From NCBI GenBank assembly GCA_947311445.1, contig CAMZKV010000008.1, positions 5,145-69,144 on the forward strand: DNA of 64,000 nt, in the 5' to 3' direction. This stretch comes from an uncultured Chlorobiota bacterium. GTDB taxonomy: Bacteria > Bacteroidota > Bacteroidia > Bacteroidales > JAADGE01. The stretch's first letter is position 1. Every line of letters begins with the position of its first letter. Below, piece by piece: positions 1 to 10,077 of this stretch. The translations under genes and the position numbers were made by a program. The notes beneath the pieces are model-generated. The model was not told where the DNA came from. It made no database searches and saw only the letters and a program-made list of their open reading frames with translations.

Positions 1-1
1 G

Positions 2-640
2 GAAGCAGATGTTGAAGCAATTTCAAATGATATTCTTGCAATTTATGAAATAATGCAAGAAAATAAAAAGAAACTTGGCTATTTAAGATCAAAACTAAAC
101 AGAACTAATTCAAAAAATAAAGAACTAAAAACAACAATTAAATTATTGAATGATAATATTGTGCAAAAAGAACTTGAGTTAGCAGAAATGAGAATGACAC
201 TTGAGCAAAAAAACATAGATATTTCAAGTTTAAACGCTAGAATAGGAGAAATGGATTCTGTCCTTGCAGAAATGTCTTTTGATAATGTTTTGAAAGATTC
301 AACTATTACAAACCAAGACACGAAATTACATATTGCCTATTATATTATTGATTCTAAGAAAAACCTTAAAAATAAAGGAGTTTTAAAAACAGATGGTGGT
401 TTTATAGGAATTGGAGGAAATCAAAAGGTTGCAATGAAAGAGTCTGAATTTAAGCAAATTGATATAAGAGAATTAAAAGAAATTTCTTTAAATAATGCAA
501 AAAAAGTTAAACTTGTAACAGACCATCCTGAGGGAAGTTATAAATTAATAAAATCAGGAAAAAGATATGAAAAACTGGAAATCGTAAACGCTGATGATTT
601 TTGGAAAATGTCTAAATATTTAGTTATATCTGTGAAATAA
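2..640 (+). CDS. hypothetical coiled-coil protein, probably 5'-truncated by the window edge
   Basis: ORF 53..640; the same frame stays open back to nt 2 with no stop. The N-half is K/E/L-rich and coiled-coil-like. No catalytic motif recognised. Confidence 0.5.
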   Translation, partial: EADVEAISNDILAIYEIMQENKKKLGYLRSKLNRTNSKNKELKTTIKLLNDNIVQKELELAEMRMTLEQKNIDISSLNARIGEMDSVLAEMSFDNVLKDSTITNQDTKLHIAYYIIDSKKNLKNKGVLKTDGGFIGIGGNQKVAMKESEFKQIDIRELKEISLNNAKKVKLVTDHPEGSYKLIKSGKRYEKLEIVNADDFWKMSKYLVISVK

Positions 641-667
641 GTAAATATATAAAAAATAATTTTATAT

Positions 668-694
668 AGCCCACAAATATTGTGGGCTTTTTTT
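668..694. terminator. hairpin terminator between convergent genes
   Basis: agcccacaa / ata / ttgtgggct perfect 9-bp stem followed by a T-run, with A/T-rich sequence on the other side. It lies between the stop of the + ORF (640) and the stop of the - ORF (693). Confidence 0.7.
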
Positions 695-1403
695 AAAAAA
701 TACTTGGGTTGTATTGTTTAATTTCTTTATCCAAACCTTTAGCATTTCCCGAAATACTATCAAGTAAAGCCCAAAAATGTTTACCGTGATTTTTTTCAAC
801 AGTATGGCAAAGCTCATGCAAAATAATATAATCAATAAGATGTTCGGGCAAACGCATTAAATGAATATTCAAGCTTATATTATTTTTACCGGAACAACTT
901 CCCCATCGTGTTTTCGCATTTCTTACTGTAACTTTTTCGCATTCGAAACCATATTTAATTGCCAAATATTCCGTCCTTTCCGGAAGATATTCTTTAGCTT
1001 CAAACCTTAATGCTTCAATAATTCCTTTGCGGATATAATCTTGATTTTCAGCAGATAATAAGTTTTCTTCTTTTTCGTATTCTACTGTTATTTTAGTTTT
1101 TGTAATATATATTTTAGTTTGTTCAGACAGTACAAACACCAATTCTCTTTTTTTTGTATAAAATTTTGTTTTGGGAGAAAATAGTGTTCTTTGATTTTCT
1201 GTTTGCAAAATTTTCTTTTGTGCTTTAATAATCCAATCTTTTTTCTCTTTTACAAAAGACTCTGCAACAGAAAAAGGATAAGAATAAGGAATTGTTACAT
1301 TAATACCGCTAAAAGGTTTAATGCTTAGAGTAAGCCTTTTAACAGCTCTTTTTTTTGTAATTTTTACAACTCCTATATCTGGGATGATTATTTTTTTTCT
1401 CAT
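693..1403 (-). CDS. YgjP/DUF45-type (M48-like) metal-dependent hydrolase
   Basis: HELCHTVEKNH zinc-binding HExxH motif preceded by RWGSCS...NISLN, typical of the YgjP/SprT-like family. Confidence 0.75.
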   Translation of the reverse strand: MRKKIIIPDIGVVKITKKRAVKRLTLSIKPFSGINVTIPYSYPFSVAESFVKEKKDWIIKAQKKILQTENQRTLFSPKTKFYTKKRELVFVLSEQTKIYITKTKITVEYEKEENLLSAENQDYIRKGIIEALRFEAKEYLPERTEYLAIKYGFECEKVTVRNAKTRWGSCSGKNNISLNIHLMRLPEHLIDYIILHELCHTVEKNHGKHFWALLDSISGNAKGLDKEIKQYNPSIF

Positions 1404-1518
1404 TTATTTGCAAAAATAAGTTTATTCAGAAATAAAAAAAGATTTTTGTAAATAAAACAAAATTACATTTTATTTGTAAAATCTTTCATTCATTCTTTTT
1501 CGTGTCCGGAAAGTTTGA

Positions 1519-1618
1519 TTTATTAAGAGGAGTGAAGAGAACAGGCTCTGAGAAACTCCGGCAACCCCTTTTCTAAAGAGGAAGGTGCCAATACCTGCCC
1601 GATTTTGGGAATAATAAT
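1519..1618 (+). promoter_or_regulatory. SAM-I (S-box) riboswitch upstream of metH
   Basis: P1 is ttatta (1520-1525) / taataa (1612-1617). P2 is ggagt/actcc with GA-rich K-turn-like internal loop. Conserved ccggcaacc junction, P3 ccuuuu/gaggaagg, conserved ggtgccaatacctgc, and P4 ccc-gatttt-ggg. It sits 16 nt upstream of the metH ATG. Confidence 0.78.
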
Positions 1619-1633
1619 TTAACTTAAAAAATT

Positions 1634-4600
1634 ATGAAAAATTCAAACAAACTATATACAGCCCTAAAAAATAGAGTACTCGTTCTTGATGGTGCAATGG
1701 GAAGCCTTATTCAAACACACAAATTAGATGAAGCAGGTTTTCGTGGAGAAAGATTTAAAAATTGGCAGCTTGATTTAAAAGGCAACAATGACCTTCTTTC
1801 GTTAACTCAGCCACAAATTATAAAATCAATTCACACACAATATCTTGAAGCTGGTGCAGATATTATTGAAACTAACACCTTCAATGCAAACTTAATCTCA
1901 ATGGAAGATTATGATATGCACCAATACAAGCTGGTTTATGAAATGAACCTAAAATCTGCACAAATTGCCCGGGCTGTCTGTGATAAATTTTATGAAAAAA
2001 ATAAAAACAAATTTCGCTTTGTTGCAGGCTCAATTGGCCCAACAAATAAAACAGCATCAATGTCGCCAGATGTTGAAGACCCAGGCAAACGTGCAGTAAC
2101 TTTCGATGATGTTGTTGCAAGTTACACTCCACAAATAAAAGGTTTGCTCGATGGCGGTGCAGATATAATTCTTATTGAAACAGTTTTTGACACACTAATT
2201 GCAAAAGCTGCACTTTTTACAGTGCAAAAAGAAGCAAAAGAACGAAATATAACTATTCCAATTATGGTTTCAGGAACTGTTACCGACAAAAGCGGAAGAA
2301 CACTTTCCGGACAAACCGTAGGAGCATTTATAAGTTCTCTTTCGCATGTAGATTTGCTAACAATTGGGCTAAATTGCTCAACAGGAGCATCGGATATGCT
2401 ACCTCATATTGCCGAAATGTCAGAAAAATCTAACTTTAAAATTTCAGCACACCCAAATGCAGGAATGCCAAACCAGTTTGGAGAATATGATGAAACACCC
2501 AAAAAAATGGCTGTGGAAGTTAAGCAGTTTTTAGATAATTCTTATGTTAATATTATTGGAGGTTGTTGCGGAACCACACCGGAACATATTCACGAAATTG
2601 CAAAAATTGCCGAGAAATCTCATATTCATAAAGTTTCAGAAAAAGAAATAAAAAGTAAACTTAGCGGTTTAGAACTTTTAGAAATTAGTAAAGAAAATAA
2701 TTTTATAAATATTGGTGAACGCACAAATGTTGCAGGCTCATTAAAATTTGCAAGATTAATAAGAGAAAAAAAGTATGAAGAAGCACTAACTATTGCTAGG
2801 CAACAAGTTGAAAATGGTGCTCAAATTATTGATGTTTGCATGGACGATGCAATGCTTGACGCAGAAACTGAAATGATAACATTTCTTAACCTTTTAGTTT
2901 CAGAACCGGATATAGCAAAAGTGCCTATTATGATTGATAGTTCGAAGCATAATGTAATTATTGCAGGACTAAAATGTTTGCAAGGCAAAGCAATTGTAAA
3001 TTCCATAAGTTTAAAAGAAGGTGAAGAAACTTTTATTCAACACGCAAAAGAAATTCGCCAATATGGTGCAGCTGCCGTAGTTATGGCTTTTGACGAAAAT
3101 GGACAAGCAGCAACATATCAAGAAAAAATAGACATCTGTAAACGGGCTTATGACATTCTCACACAGAAAGTTAACTACCCACCACAAGATATTATTTTTG
3201 ACCCGAATATACTTACAATTGCAACAGGAATTGAGGAGCATAATAATTATGCTATTGATTTTATTGAAACAGTAAAATGGATTAAAAAACACTTGCCTTA
3301 TGCAAAAGTAAGTGGAGGAATTAGCAATCTATCTTTCTCATTTAGAGGCAATAATATAATTCGAGAAGCAATGCACTCTGTGTTTTTATATCATGCTGTA
3401 AAAGCAGGTTTAGATATGGGAATTGTAAATGCAGGAATGTTACAAATTTATGATGAAATACCGAAAGATTTATTGCAACTTACAGAGGATGTTATTTTTA
3501 ACAAAAGTAAAGATGCCACAGAAAAATTAATTGAATATGCTGAAACAGTAAAAAGTTCAGGAAAAAAAGAAAAAAAAATTGAAGATTGGCGGAAAAACCC
3601 TGTTGATGAGCGATTAAGCTATGCTTTGGTAAAAGGCATTACAGAATTTATTGATGAAGATGTAGAAGAAGCAAGGAAAAATTACAAACAAGCAATTAAT
3701 GTAATTGAGCAACCTTTAATGGCTGGAATGAATAAAGTAGGAAAACTTTTTGGAGATGGAAAAATGTTTCTTCCGCAAGTTGTAAAAAGCGCAAGAGTTA
3801 TGAAAAAAGCTGTTGCAATTCTTTTGCCATATATTGAAGCCGAAAAAGTTGAGGGAGAAAATAGTTCTGCCGGAAAAATTCTTTTGGCAACCGTTAAAGG
3901 CGATGTTCATGATATTGGGAAAAACATTACAGCTGTAATTTTAGCATGCAACAATTTTGAAATTATTGATTTGGGTGTTATGGTACATACCGAAAAAATA
4001 CTGGAAGAGGCTGAAAAACAAGATGTTGACATAATCGGTTTAAGCGGACTTATTACACCATCTTTGGAAGAAATGGTAAATGTTGCCAAAGAAATGCAAA
4101 AGCGAAAAATGAAAATGCCTCTGCTAATTGGAGGGGCAACAACTTCAAAAATTCACACTGCCGTGAAAATTGCACCGGAATATGATGGTGCTTCGATTTA
4201 TGTTGTAGATGCATCACAATCTGTGGGAATTACACAAAAACTAATTCAAAATAAAGATAATTTTATTGAAAATTTGAATGCAGAATATGAAAAAGTAAGA
4301 GAAAAACACGCTAACAAAAAAACAAAAAAATTAATTTCCTTGTCGGAAGCAAGAGAAAATAAATTTGTTACAAATTATAAAATTTCAAAACCTAACTTTA
4401 TAGGAATAAAAACTTTAAAAAATTTTCCTCTTGAAGAAATTTTACCATATTTCGATTGGACATTCTTTTTTCATGCTTGGGAAATAAAAGGAAGATTTCC
4501 TGAGATAACAGACCCTGCGGGTTTCCAAAACCCGCAGGGTCTGTCAGATGAAGACAGTCAAAACCCGCAGGGTCTTTCCCAAAAAGCAAAAGAAGCAAAA

Positions 4601-5368
4601 AAACTCTACGATGATGCACAAGAGATGCTAAAAAAAATAATTTCTAAAAAATGGCTTCAAGCAAATGCCGTAATAGGATTGTTTCCTGCAAACTCTGTTG
4701 GTGATGATATTGAAGTTTTTAATGAAGAAGGAAAAAAACTTACAACTTTTAGATTTTTAAGACAACAAAACAAAAAACAAAATAATAAACCCAACTTATG
4801 TCTTGCAGATTATATTGCTCCCAAAACAAGCAAAAAGCAAGATTACATAGGCACATTTGCCTTAACAACAGGACTTGGAATTGAGAAAAAGGTAAAAGAA
4901 TTTGAAGATGCAAATGATGATTATTCTGCAATAATGCTAAAAACTTTGGCAGATAGATTTGCAGAGGCTTTTGCCGAATTATTGCATAAAAAAGTTAGGA
5001 ATGAGTTTTGGGCTTATGCAGAAGAAGACCCTGCGGGTTTTAAAAACCCGCAGGGTCTGGCAGACTTATTTAAAGGAAAATATCAAGGAATACGCCCAGC
5101 AATTGGCTATCCTGCTTGTCCGGAGCATTCTGAAAAACGAGTTTTATTTGATTTATTAAATGCCGAAAAAAACACAGGAATGAGCCTAACAGAAAATTTT
5201 TCAATGTATCCGGGAGCATCAGTAAGTGGACTTTATTTAGCAAATTCTGAAGCAAAATATTTTAACTTAGGAAAAATTACAGAAGAACAAATTGAGGATT
5301 ATGCTGAAAGAAAAAAAATTAGCTTTGAACTTGCAGAAAAGTATTTGAGGAGCAATTTAGGATATTAA
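1634..5368 (+). CDS. metH: cobalamin-dependent methionine synthase
   Basis: 1244 aa with full MetH architecture: Hcy-binding (GGCCGTTP), pterin-binding, B12-binding (GDVHDIGKN), and activation domain ([14 protein letters not shown]). Confidence 0.95.
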   Translation: MKNSNKLYTALKNRVLVLDGAMGSLIQTHKLDEAGFRGERFKNWQLDLKGNNDLLSLTQPQIIKSIHTQYLEAGADIIETNTFNANLISMEDYDMHQYKLVYEMNLKSAQIARAVCDKFYEKNKNKFRFVAGSIGPTNKTASMSPDVEDPGKRAVTFDDVVASYTPQIKGLLDGGADIILIETVFDTLIAKAALFTVQKEAKERNITIPIMVSGTVTDKSGRTLSGQTVGAFISSLSHVDLLTIGLNCSTGASDMLPHIAEMSEKSNFKISAHPNAGMPNQFGEYDETPKKMAVEVKQFLDNSYVNIIGGCCGTTPEHIHEIAKIAEKSHIHKVSEKEIKSKLSGLELLEISKENNFINIGERTNVAGSLKFARLIREKKYEEALTIARQQVENGAQIIDVCMDDAMLDAETEMITFLNLLVSEPDIAKVPIMIDSSKHNVIIAGLKCLQGKAIVNSISLKEGEETFIQHAKEIRQYGAAAVVMAFDENGQAATYQEKIDICKRAYDILTQKVNYPPQDIIFDPNILTIATGIEEHNNYAIDFIETVKWIKKHLPYAKVSGGISNLSFSFRGNNIIREAMHSVFLYHAVKAGLDMGIVNAGMLQIYDEIPKDLLQLTEDVIFNKSKDATEKLIEYAETVKSSGKKEKKIEDWRKNPVDERLSYALVKGITEFIDEDVEEARKNYKQAINVIEQPLMAGMNKVGKLFGDGKMFLPQVVKSARVMKKAVAILLPYIEAEKVEGENSSAGKILLATVKGDVHDIGKNITAVILACNNFEIIDLGVMVHTEKILEEAEKQDVDIIGLSGLITPSLEEMVNVAKEMQKRKMKMPLLIGGATTSKIHTAVKIAPEYDGASIYVVDASQSVGITQKLIQNKDNFIENLNAEYEKVREKHANKKTKKLISLSEARENKFVTNYKISKPNFIGIKTLKNFPLEEILPYFDWTFFFHAWEIKGRFPEITDPAGFQNPQGLSDEDSQNPQGLSQKAKEAKKLYDDAQEMLKKIISKKWLQANAVIGLFPANSVGDDIEVFNEEGKKLTTFRFLRQQNKKQNNKPNLCLADYIAPKTSKKQDYIGTFALTTGLGIEKKVKEFEDANDDYSAIMLKTLADRFAEAFAELLHKKVRNEFWAYAEEDPAGFKNPQGLADLFKGKYQGIRPAIGYPACPEHSEKRVLFDLLNAEKNTGMSLTENFSMYPGASVSGLYLANSEAKYFNLGKITEEQIEDYAERKKISFELAEKYLRSNLGY
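4509..4575. repeat. GC-rich palindromic element inside metH CDS (two arms plus an extra third arm)
   Basis: cagaccctgcgggttt (4509-4524), loop cca, aaacccgcagggtctg (4528-4543). Then a small hairpin ctgtc-agatgaa-gacag (4541-4557), then a repeated arm aaacccgcagggtct (4561-4575). Confidence 0.9.
5026..5058. repeat. second copy of the same palindrome inside metH CDS
   Basis: agaccctgcgggtttt (5026-5041), a, aaaacccgcagggtct (5043-5058). This is a 33-nt near-perfect palindrome in the same codon phase as the first copy. Confidence 0.9.
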
Positions 5369-5436
5369 AATTTGAACAGTCATTATTTTTCCAATATAAT
5401 TTACATTTTTGGTTTCGTGATAAAAAAAACAAAAAT

Positions 5437-6393
5437 ATGAAACTAGTTGACAAACTAAAAGATACAAAAAAAACATACTTTTCTTTTGAAATTTTACCGC
5501 CAATGAAGGGCGGAAGTATGGAGGATATATATAGTGTTATTGATCCATTAATGGACTTTGACCCAATGAATATTAATGTAACATATCATCAGCAAGAAGT
5601 TGTTTATAAAAAAAATAAACATGGTGTTATAGAAAGAAAAACAATAAGAAAACGCCCGGGAACAGTTGCTATTTCTGCGGCAATAAAATATCGTTACCAA
5701 AAGCCAATTGTTGTTCCGCATTTAATTTGTGGAGGATTTACAAAAGATGAAACAGAAGATGCATTAATAGATTTAAATTTTCTTGGAATGACAAATATTC
5801 TTGTTTTACGAGGCGACCCTCCGGCAAATCATAAATATTTTAGGGCAGAAACAGACGGGCATGTTCATACAAGTGGACTTATAAAACAAATTATGCACAT
5901 GAACCAAGGGCGTTATTGTGATGAAAGTTTGCACAATATTAGAAAAACAAATTTTTCCGTAGGAGTTGCCGGTTACCCCGAAAAACATAACGAAGCACCA
6001 AATATTAAGTCGGACATAAAATATTTAAAACAAAAAATAGATGCAGGAGCAGAATATATAGTTACGCAAATGTTTTTTGATAATCAAAAATATTATGATT
6101 TTGTAAAACTATGTAGAAACGAGGGAATAGAAGTTCCAGTTATACCGGGAATAAAACCAGTAAGAACAAAAAGAGATTTAGAACTTCTTCCTCAAGTTTT
6201 TAATATTGATTTACCGGAAGAACTCGCTTCTGAAGTAGTAAAAGCAAAAAATAATAAAGAGGTAAATGAAATAGGAATTGAATGGACAATAAAACAGTCT
6301 AAAGAATTAATAAAATTTGGAGTACCAGCAGTTCATTATTATACAATAGGAAAATCCGATAATATAAAAAATATTGCGAAATCAGTTTTTTAG
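5437..6393 (+). CDS. metF: 5,10-methylenetetrahydrofolate reductase
   Basis: 318 aa; FSFEILPP N-terminus and YIVTQMFFD motif typical of MetF. Lies immediately downstream of metH. Confidence 0.88.
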   Translation: MKLVDKLKDTKKTYFSFEILPPMKGGSMEDIYSVIDPLMDFDPMNINVTYHQQEVVYKKNKHGVIERKTIRKRPGTVAISAAIKYRYQKPIVVPHLICGGFTKDETEDALIDLNFLGMTNILVLRGDPPANHKYFRAETDGHVHTSGLIKQIMHMNQGRYCDESLHNIRKTNFSVGVAGYPEKHNEAPNIKSDIKYLKQKIDAGAEYIVTQMFFDNQKYYDFVKLCRNEGIEVPVIPGIKPVRTKRDLELLPQVFNIDLPEELASEVVKAKNNKEVNEIGIEWTIKQSKELIKFGVPAVHYYTIGKSDNIKNIAKSVF

Positions 6394-6665
6394 AAATATA
6401 AAACTCTAAACTTCAACATATTTATTTTGTTGGTGTAACTGTCTGTTTATATGAACAAAGCGTAAAAACATGTATATTGTTTTGCATATTTAAAAAGATA
6501 AGCAATCTAAAAAGAATATAAAGTTATTAACAGATTTAAGCGTTGATATTCAATTTATTCACTATTACAAACAAAGAACTTATTAAAAACCCGACTTTGT
6601 AAAAAACAGGTTTTAATCTATTTTTGTTGAACCATTTTCCACAATACATTAAATTATTATTTAGG

Positions 6666-9239
6666 ATGCAAATTAAAGAACAAATTATTTCTTTTTCGGC
6701 AAAAAGCAAAGCTGTCGGTTATACTTTCGACGAAGCTTATCAAGAAGCAAAAAAGTATTTTAAAGGCGATGAACTTGCCGCAAAAGTTTGGACAACTAAA
6801 TATGCTCTAAAAGATTCTTTTGGGAATATTTATGAAAATAGTCCGGAACAAATGCACAGAAGACTCGCAAAAGAAATTTCTCGGATTGAACAAAAATACC
6901 CGAATCCTCTTTCAGAAGAAAAAATTTATAGTCTTTTAAAAGACTTTAAATACATTGTTCCTGCAGGAAGTCCAATGTCTGGTATTGGAAATAAGTACCA
7001 AACAGTTTCATTATCAAATTGTTTTGTTATTGGAGATGATAATCCTGCGGATTCCTATGGAGGAATTATGAAAACAGATCAAGAGCAAGTTCAGCTTATG
7101 AAAAGAAGGGGTGGGGTAGGACACGACCTTTCACATATTCGTCCCAAAGGAAGCCCTGTTAGTAATAGTGCACTAACTTCAACCGGAGTTGTGCCATTTA
7201 TGGAAAGATATTCAAACTCAACAAGAGAAGTTGCACAAGATGGAAGACGAGGAGCATTAATGCTTTCTATTTCTGTTAAACACCCTGATGCAGAAAGCTT
7301 TATAGATGCAAAATTAGAAGCAGGAAAAATAACGGGTGCAAATATATCAGTAAAAATAGATGATGAATTTATGAATGCTGTTATAGACAATAAACCATAT
7401 CAACAACAATACCCAATAGAGTCAAATAACCCTACGGTAAAAAAAGTAATAAATCCAAGAAATTTATGGAAAAAAATTATAAATAATGCTTGGAAATCTG
7501 CAGAACCCGGAATTTTATTTTGGGATACTGTAATTAATGAATCTGTTGCAGACAGCTATGCAGATCATGGTTTTAAAACAGTTTCAACAAACCCTTGTGG
7601 AGAAATACCCCTATGTCCCTATGATAGTTGCAGGCTGCTTGCTGTAAACTTATATGGATATGTTGATCGGGCATTCACTTCAAAAGCAAAATTTAATTTT
7701 GCAAAATTTAAAGAACATGCTGGTTATGCTCAACGAATTATGGACGATATAATAGATTTGGAGCTTGAAAAAATAGACGGAATTTTAAATAAAATAAACA
7801 AAGACCCGGAAAATGAAGAAATAAAAAGAACAGAAAGAAAACTTTGGGAAAACATAAAAGAAAAAGCAATACAAGGAAGAAGAACGGGAGTTGGAATAAC
7901 TGCAGAGGGAGATATGCTTGCTGCTCTTGGTTTACAGTACGGAAGCGAAAATGCAACAGATTTTTCTGTGCAAGTTCATAAAACATTAGCTGTTGAGGCT
8001 TATCGCTCATCAGTTGAAATGGCCAAAGAAAGAGGAGCATTTAAAATATTTAATGCAGAAAAAGAGAAGAACAATCCTTTTGTGAACAGAATTAAAGATG
8101 CAGACCCCGAATTATTTACAGAAATGCAAGAACATGGAAGAAGAAATATTTCTCTTTTAACCATTGCACCAACAGGTTCTACAAGTATTCTGACACAAAC
8201 AACTTCCGGAATAGAGCCTGTATTTATGCCTTTCTATAAAAGAAGAAGAAAAGTAAATCCAAATGATAAAGATGTAAAAATAAATTTTACAGATGAATCG
8301 GGAGATCATTGGGAAGAATATAATGTTTTTCATCATAATTTTATGACATGGATGAATGCAAATGGAATTGATTCAACAAAAGCAAAAAAGATGAATCAAT
8401 CTGAAATTAATACATTAATACAAGACTCTCCTTATTATAAATCTACATCAAATGACGTAGACTGGATTAATAAAGTAAGATTGCAAGGAGGGGTTCAAAA
8501 ATGGGTTGATCATTCAATAAGTGTAACCGTAAACTTACCCAAAGATGCTTCTGTTAAGCTCGTTGGTGATGTATATTTGGAAGCATGGAAAAGTGGTTGT
8601 AAAGGAGTAACTGTATATAGAGACGGCTCAAGGGACGGAGTGCTTATTTCTGCGGATAATAAAAAAGAAGAAGAGCAAGAACGTCAGAAAAAACATACAA
8701 AAAGACCAAAAGAGCTTCATGCAGATGTTATTCACTTTAGTAATAATGATGAAGAATGGATTGCTTTTATAGGAATAAAAGAAGGAAACCCTTATGAAAT
8801 ATTTTCCGGTCGTTCTGAGGTAGATGCTCTTCCAATTCCAAAATCTGTTAAAAAAGGAACAATTATTAAACATAGATTTGAAGATGGCTCAAAAAGATAT
8901 GACTTTAAGTTTAAAAACAAGTTTGGATTTAATATAATAATTGAAGGATTATCTTATAAGTTTAATCCAGAATATTGGAATTATGCTAAGTTAATTTCAG
9001 GAGTTTTAAGACACGGAATGCCAGTTCAACATACTGTAAATTTAATATCTTCTTTACATTTTGAAACCGATACAATAAATACTTGGAAAAAAGGAATTGA
9101 GAGAGCTTTAAAAAATTACATTCCTGATGGCACAAAGGCTAAAAAAGGTAAGGTTTGCATGGAATGTGGAGCCGATACTCTTTTTTATCAGGAAGGTTGT
9201 TTAACTTGCCAATCTTGTGGATATTCAAAATGTGGCTAA
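6666..9239 (+). CDS. nrdJ: class II (adenosylcobalamin-dependent) ribonucleotide reductase
   Basis: TNPCGEIPL active-site cysteine loop, RRGGVGHDLSHIRP, and a C-terminal CxxC...CxxC zinc ribbon. The ATG at 6666 is preferred over the TTG at 6624 used in the ORF track. Confidence 0.88.
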   Translation: MQIKEQIISFSAKSKAVGYTFDEAYQEAKKYFKGDELAAKVWTTKYALKDSFGNIYENSPEQMHRRLAKEISRIEQKYPNPLSEEKIYSLLKDFKYIVPAGSPMSGIGNKYQTVSLSNCFVIGDDNPADSYGGIMKTDQEQVQLMKRRGGVGHDLSHIRPKGSPVSNSALTSTGVVPFMERYSNSTREVAQDGRRGALMLSISVKHPDAESFIDAKLEAGKITGANISVKIDDEFMNAVIDNKPYQQQYPIESNNPTVKKVINPRNLWKKIINNAWKSAEPGILFWDTVINESVADSYADHGFKTVSTNPCGEIPLCPYDSCRLLAVNLYGYVDRAFTSKAKFNFAKFKEHAGYAQRIMDDIIDLELEKIDGILNKINKDPENEEIKRTERKLWENIKEKAIQGRRTGVGITAEGDMLAALGLQYGSENATDFSVQVHKTLAVEAYRSSVEMAKERGAFKIFNAEKEKNNPFVNRIKDADPELFTEMQEHGRRNISLLTIAPTGSTSILTQTTSGIEPVFMPFYKRRRKVNPNDKDVKINFTDESGDHWEEYNVFHHNFMTWMNANGIDSTKAKKMNQSEINTLIQDSPYYKSTSNDVDWINKVRLQGGVQKWVDHSISVTVNLPKDASVKLVGDVYLEAWKSGCKGVTVYRDGSRDGVLISADNKKEEEQERQKKHTKRPKELHADVIHFSNNDEEWIAFIGIKEGNPYEIFSGRSEVDALPIPKSVKKGTIIKHRFEDGSKRYDFKFKNKFGFNIIIEGLSYKFNPEYWNYAKLISGVLRHGMPVQHTVNLISSLHFETDTINTWKKGIERALKNYIPDGTKAKKGKVCMECGADTLFYQEGCLTCQSCGYSKCG

Positions 9240-9247
9240 GGAAATAC

Positions 9248-9281
9248 AAAAACCGTCTAAATATTTTCAGACGGTTTTTTT
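9248..9281. terminator. bidirectional hairpin terminator
   Basis: accgtct (9252-9258) / agacggt (9269-9275) flanked by an A-run and a T-run, between convergent nrdJ and the MORN-repeat gene. Confidence 0.7.
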
Positions 9282-10077
9282 AATGAATTTCTGTATTTAT
9301 TACTGTACCATTTTTTAAAGTAATTGTTTTTATAAGAATATTCTTATCGTTATAAATATAATGTTTGCCATCGATTAAAATACCGTTTTTAAAAAAACCC
9401 ATTTTTTCAGGAAGTTTATTTCTATTGTATAGGGTGTGTTTTCCGTTTCCAGAGAAAACAATAAGACTATCTTTTTTGTGTATTGTTTCATCTGTAAAAC
9501 TGCCTTCTAAAAACAATTTTGTTTCTTTAGGATTACATTTACCTGATTCAAAAAAACGATGAGATTTTAATAAGCCGGAATTGAAATATTCTTTAATTAA
9601 ACCAGATTCTTTTCCTTCTTCCCATTCTCCTTCTATTTTTACTATACCATTTTCATAGAAATATGCTTGATACCCACAACGAGAACCTTGGTCGTTATAG
9701 TTCCAAAGATATGAAAGTTTTCCGTTTGAGTAATAAGATTTATACATTCCTACCCATTTATCAACAATCCAAGTGCCTTCTTCTGCAATATTTCCATCTT
9801 CATAATATATTCTTGCATAACCTTTCTTTTCTCCGTTGAGGTATGTAATTTCAGACTTAATATTTTTGTTTGCATAATATGCCTTCCAAACACCTTCTTG
9901 TTTGTTGTTTAAAAAATTACCTTCTGTTCTTTTTTCTATATCTATCCAATATCCTTGTTTTAAACCGTTTGAATCTGTTACATTTACGGTATCTCCCTCA
10001 ATAACCTCTATGCTTTGGGCTTTTATGCTCGAAGCAAATAGAAAAAAAAGATATAATATAAATATAAATGATTTCAA
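9280..10077 (-). CDS. secreted MORN-variant repeat protein (YwqK-like family)
   Basis: Signal peptide (FLFASSIKAQ) followed by repeated G-x-W-x-x-YY-x-NG / G-x-x-x-G-x-x-x-x-YYE-xG units. Confidence 0.6.
   Translation of the reverse strand: MKSFIFILYLFFLFASSIKAQSIEVIEGDTVNVTDSNGLKQGYWIDIEKRTEGNFLNNKQEGVWKAYYANKNIKSEITYLNGEKKGYARIYYEDGNIAEEGTWIVDKWVGMYKSYYSNGKLSYLWNYNDQGSRCGYQAYFYENGIVKIEGEWEEGKESGLIKEYFNSGLLKSHRFFESGKCNPKETKLFLEGSFTDETIHKKDSLIVFSGNGKHTLYNRNKLPEKMGFFKNGILIDGKHYIYNDKNILIKTITLKNGTVINTEIH

Noticed and set aside
4398-4619. Antisense 73-aa ORF inside metH that also encodes DPAGF...NPQGL words
   Set aside because: It is a mirror artefact of the palindromic inserts, since both strands read the same. 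It lies wholly inside a well-supported metH frame and has no independent support.
6624-6665. TTG-initiated extension of nrdJ. Similar 5' extensions occur at 58677-58847 (S46 peptidase), 17626-17736 (hypothetical protein) and 52602-52631 (Rrf2).
   Set aside because: In each case an internal ATG gives a typical N-terminus: a signal peptide, an Rrf2 MISNTCKYGIR start, or the RNR start. The extension overlaps a neighbouring gene or is a hydrophobic low-complexity read of AT-rich DNA.
6394-6665. Possible cobalamin riboswitch or NrdR boxes upstream of nrdJ
   Set aside because: I found no B12-box-like core and no GC-rich multi-stem structure. The best NrdR-like candidate (acatgtatattgt near 6469) has the wrong half-site spacing and no tandem partner at helical phasing.
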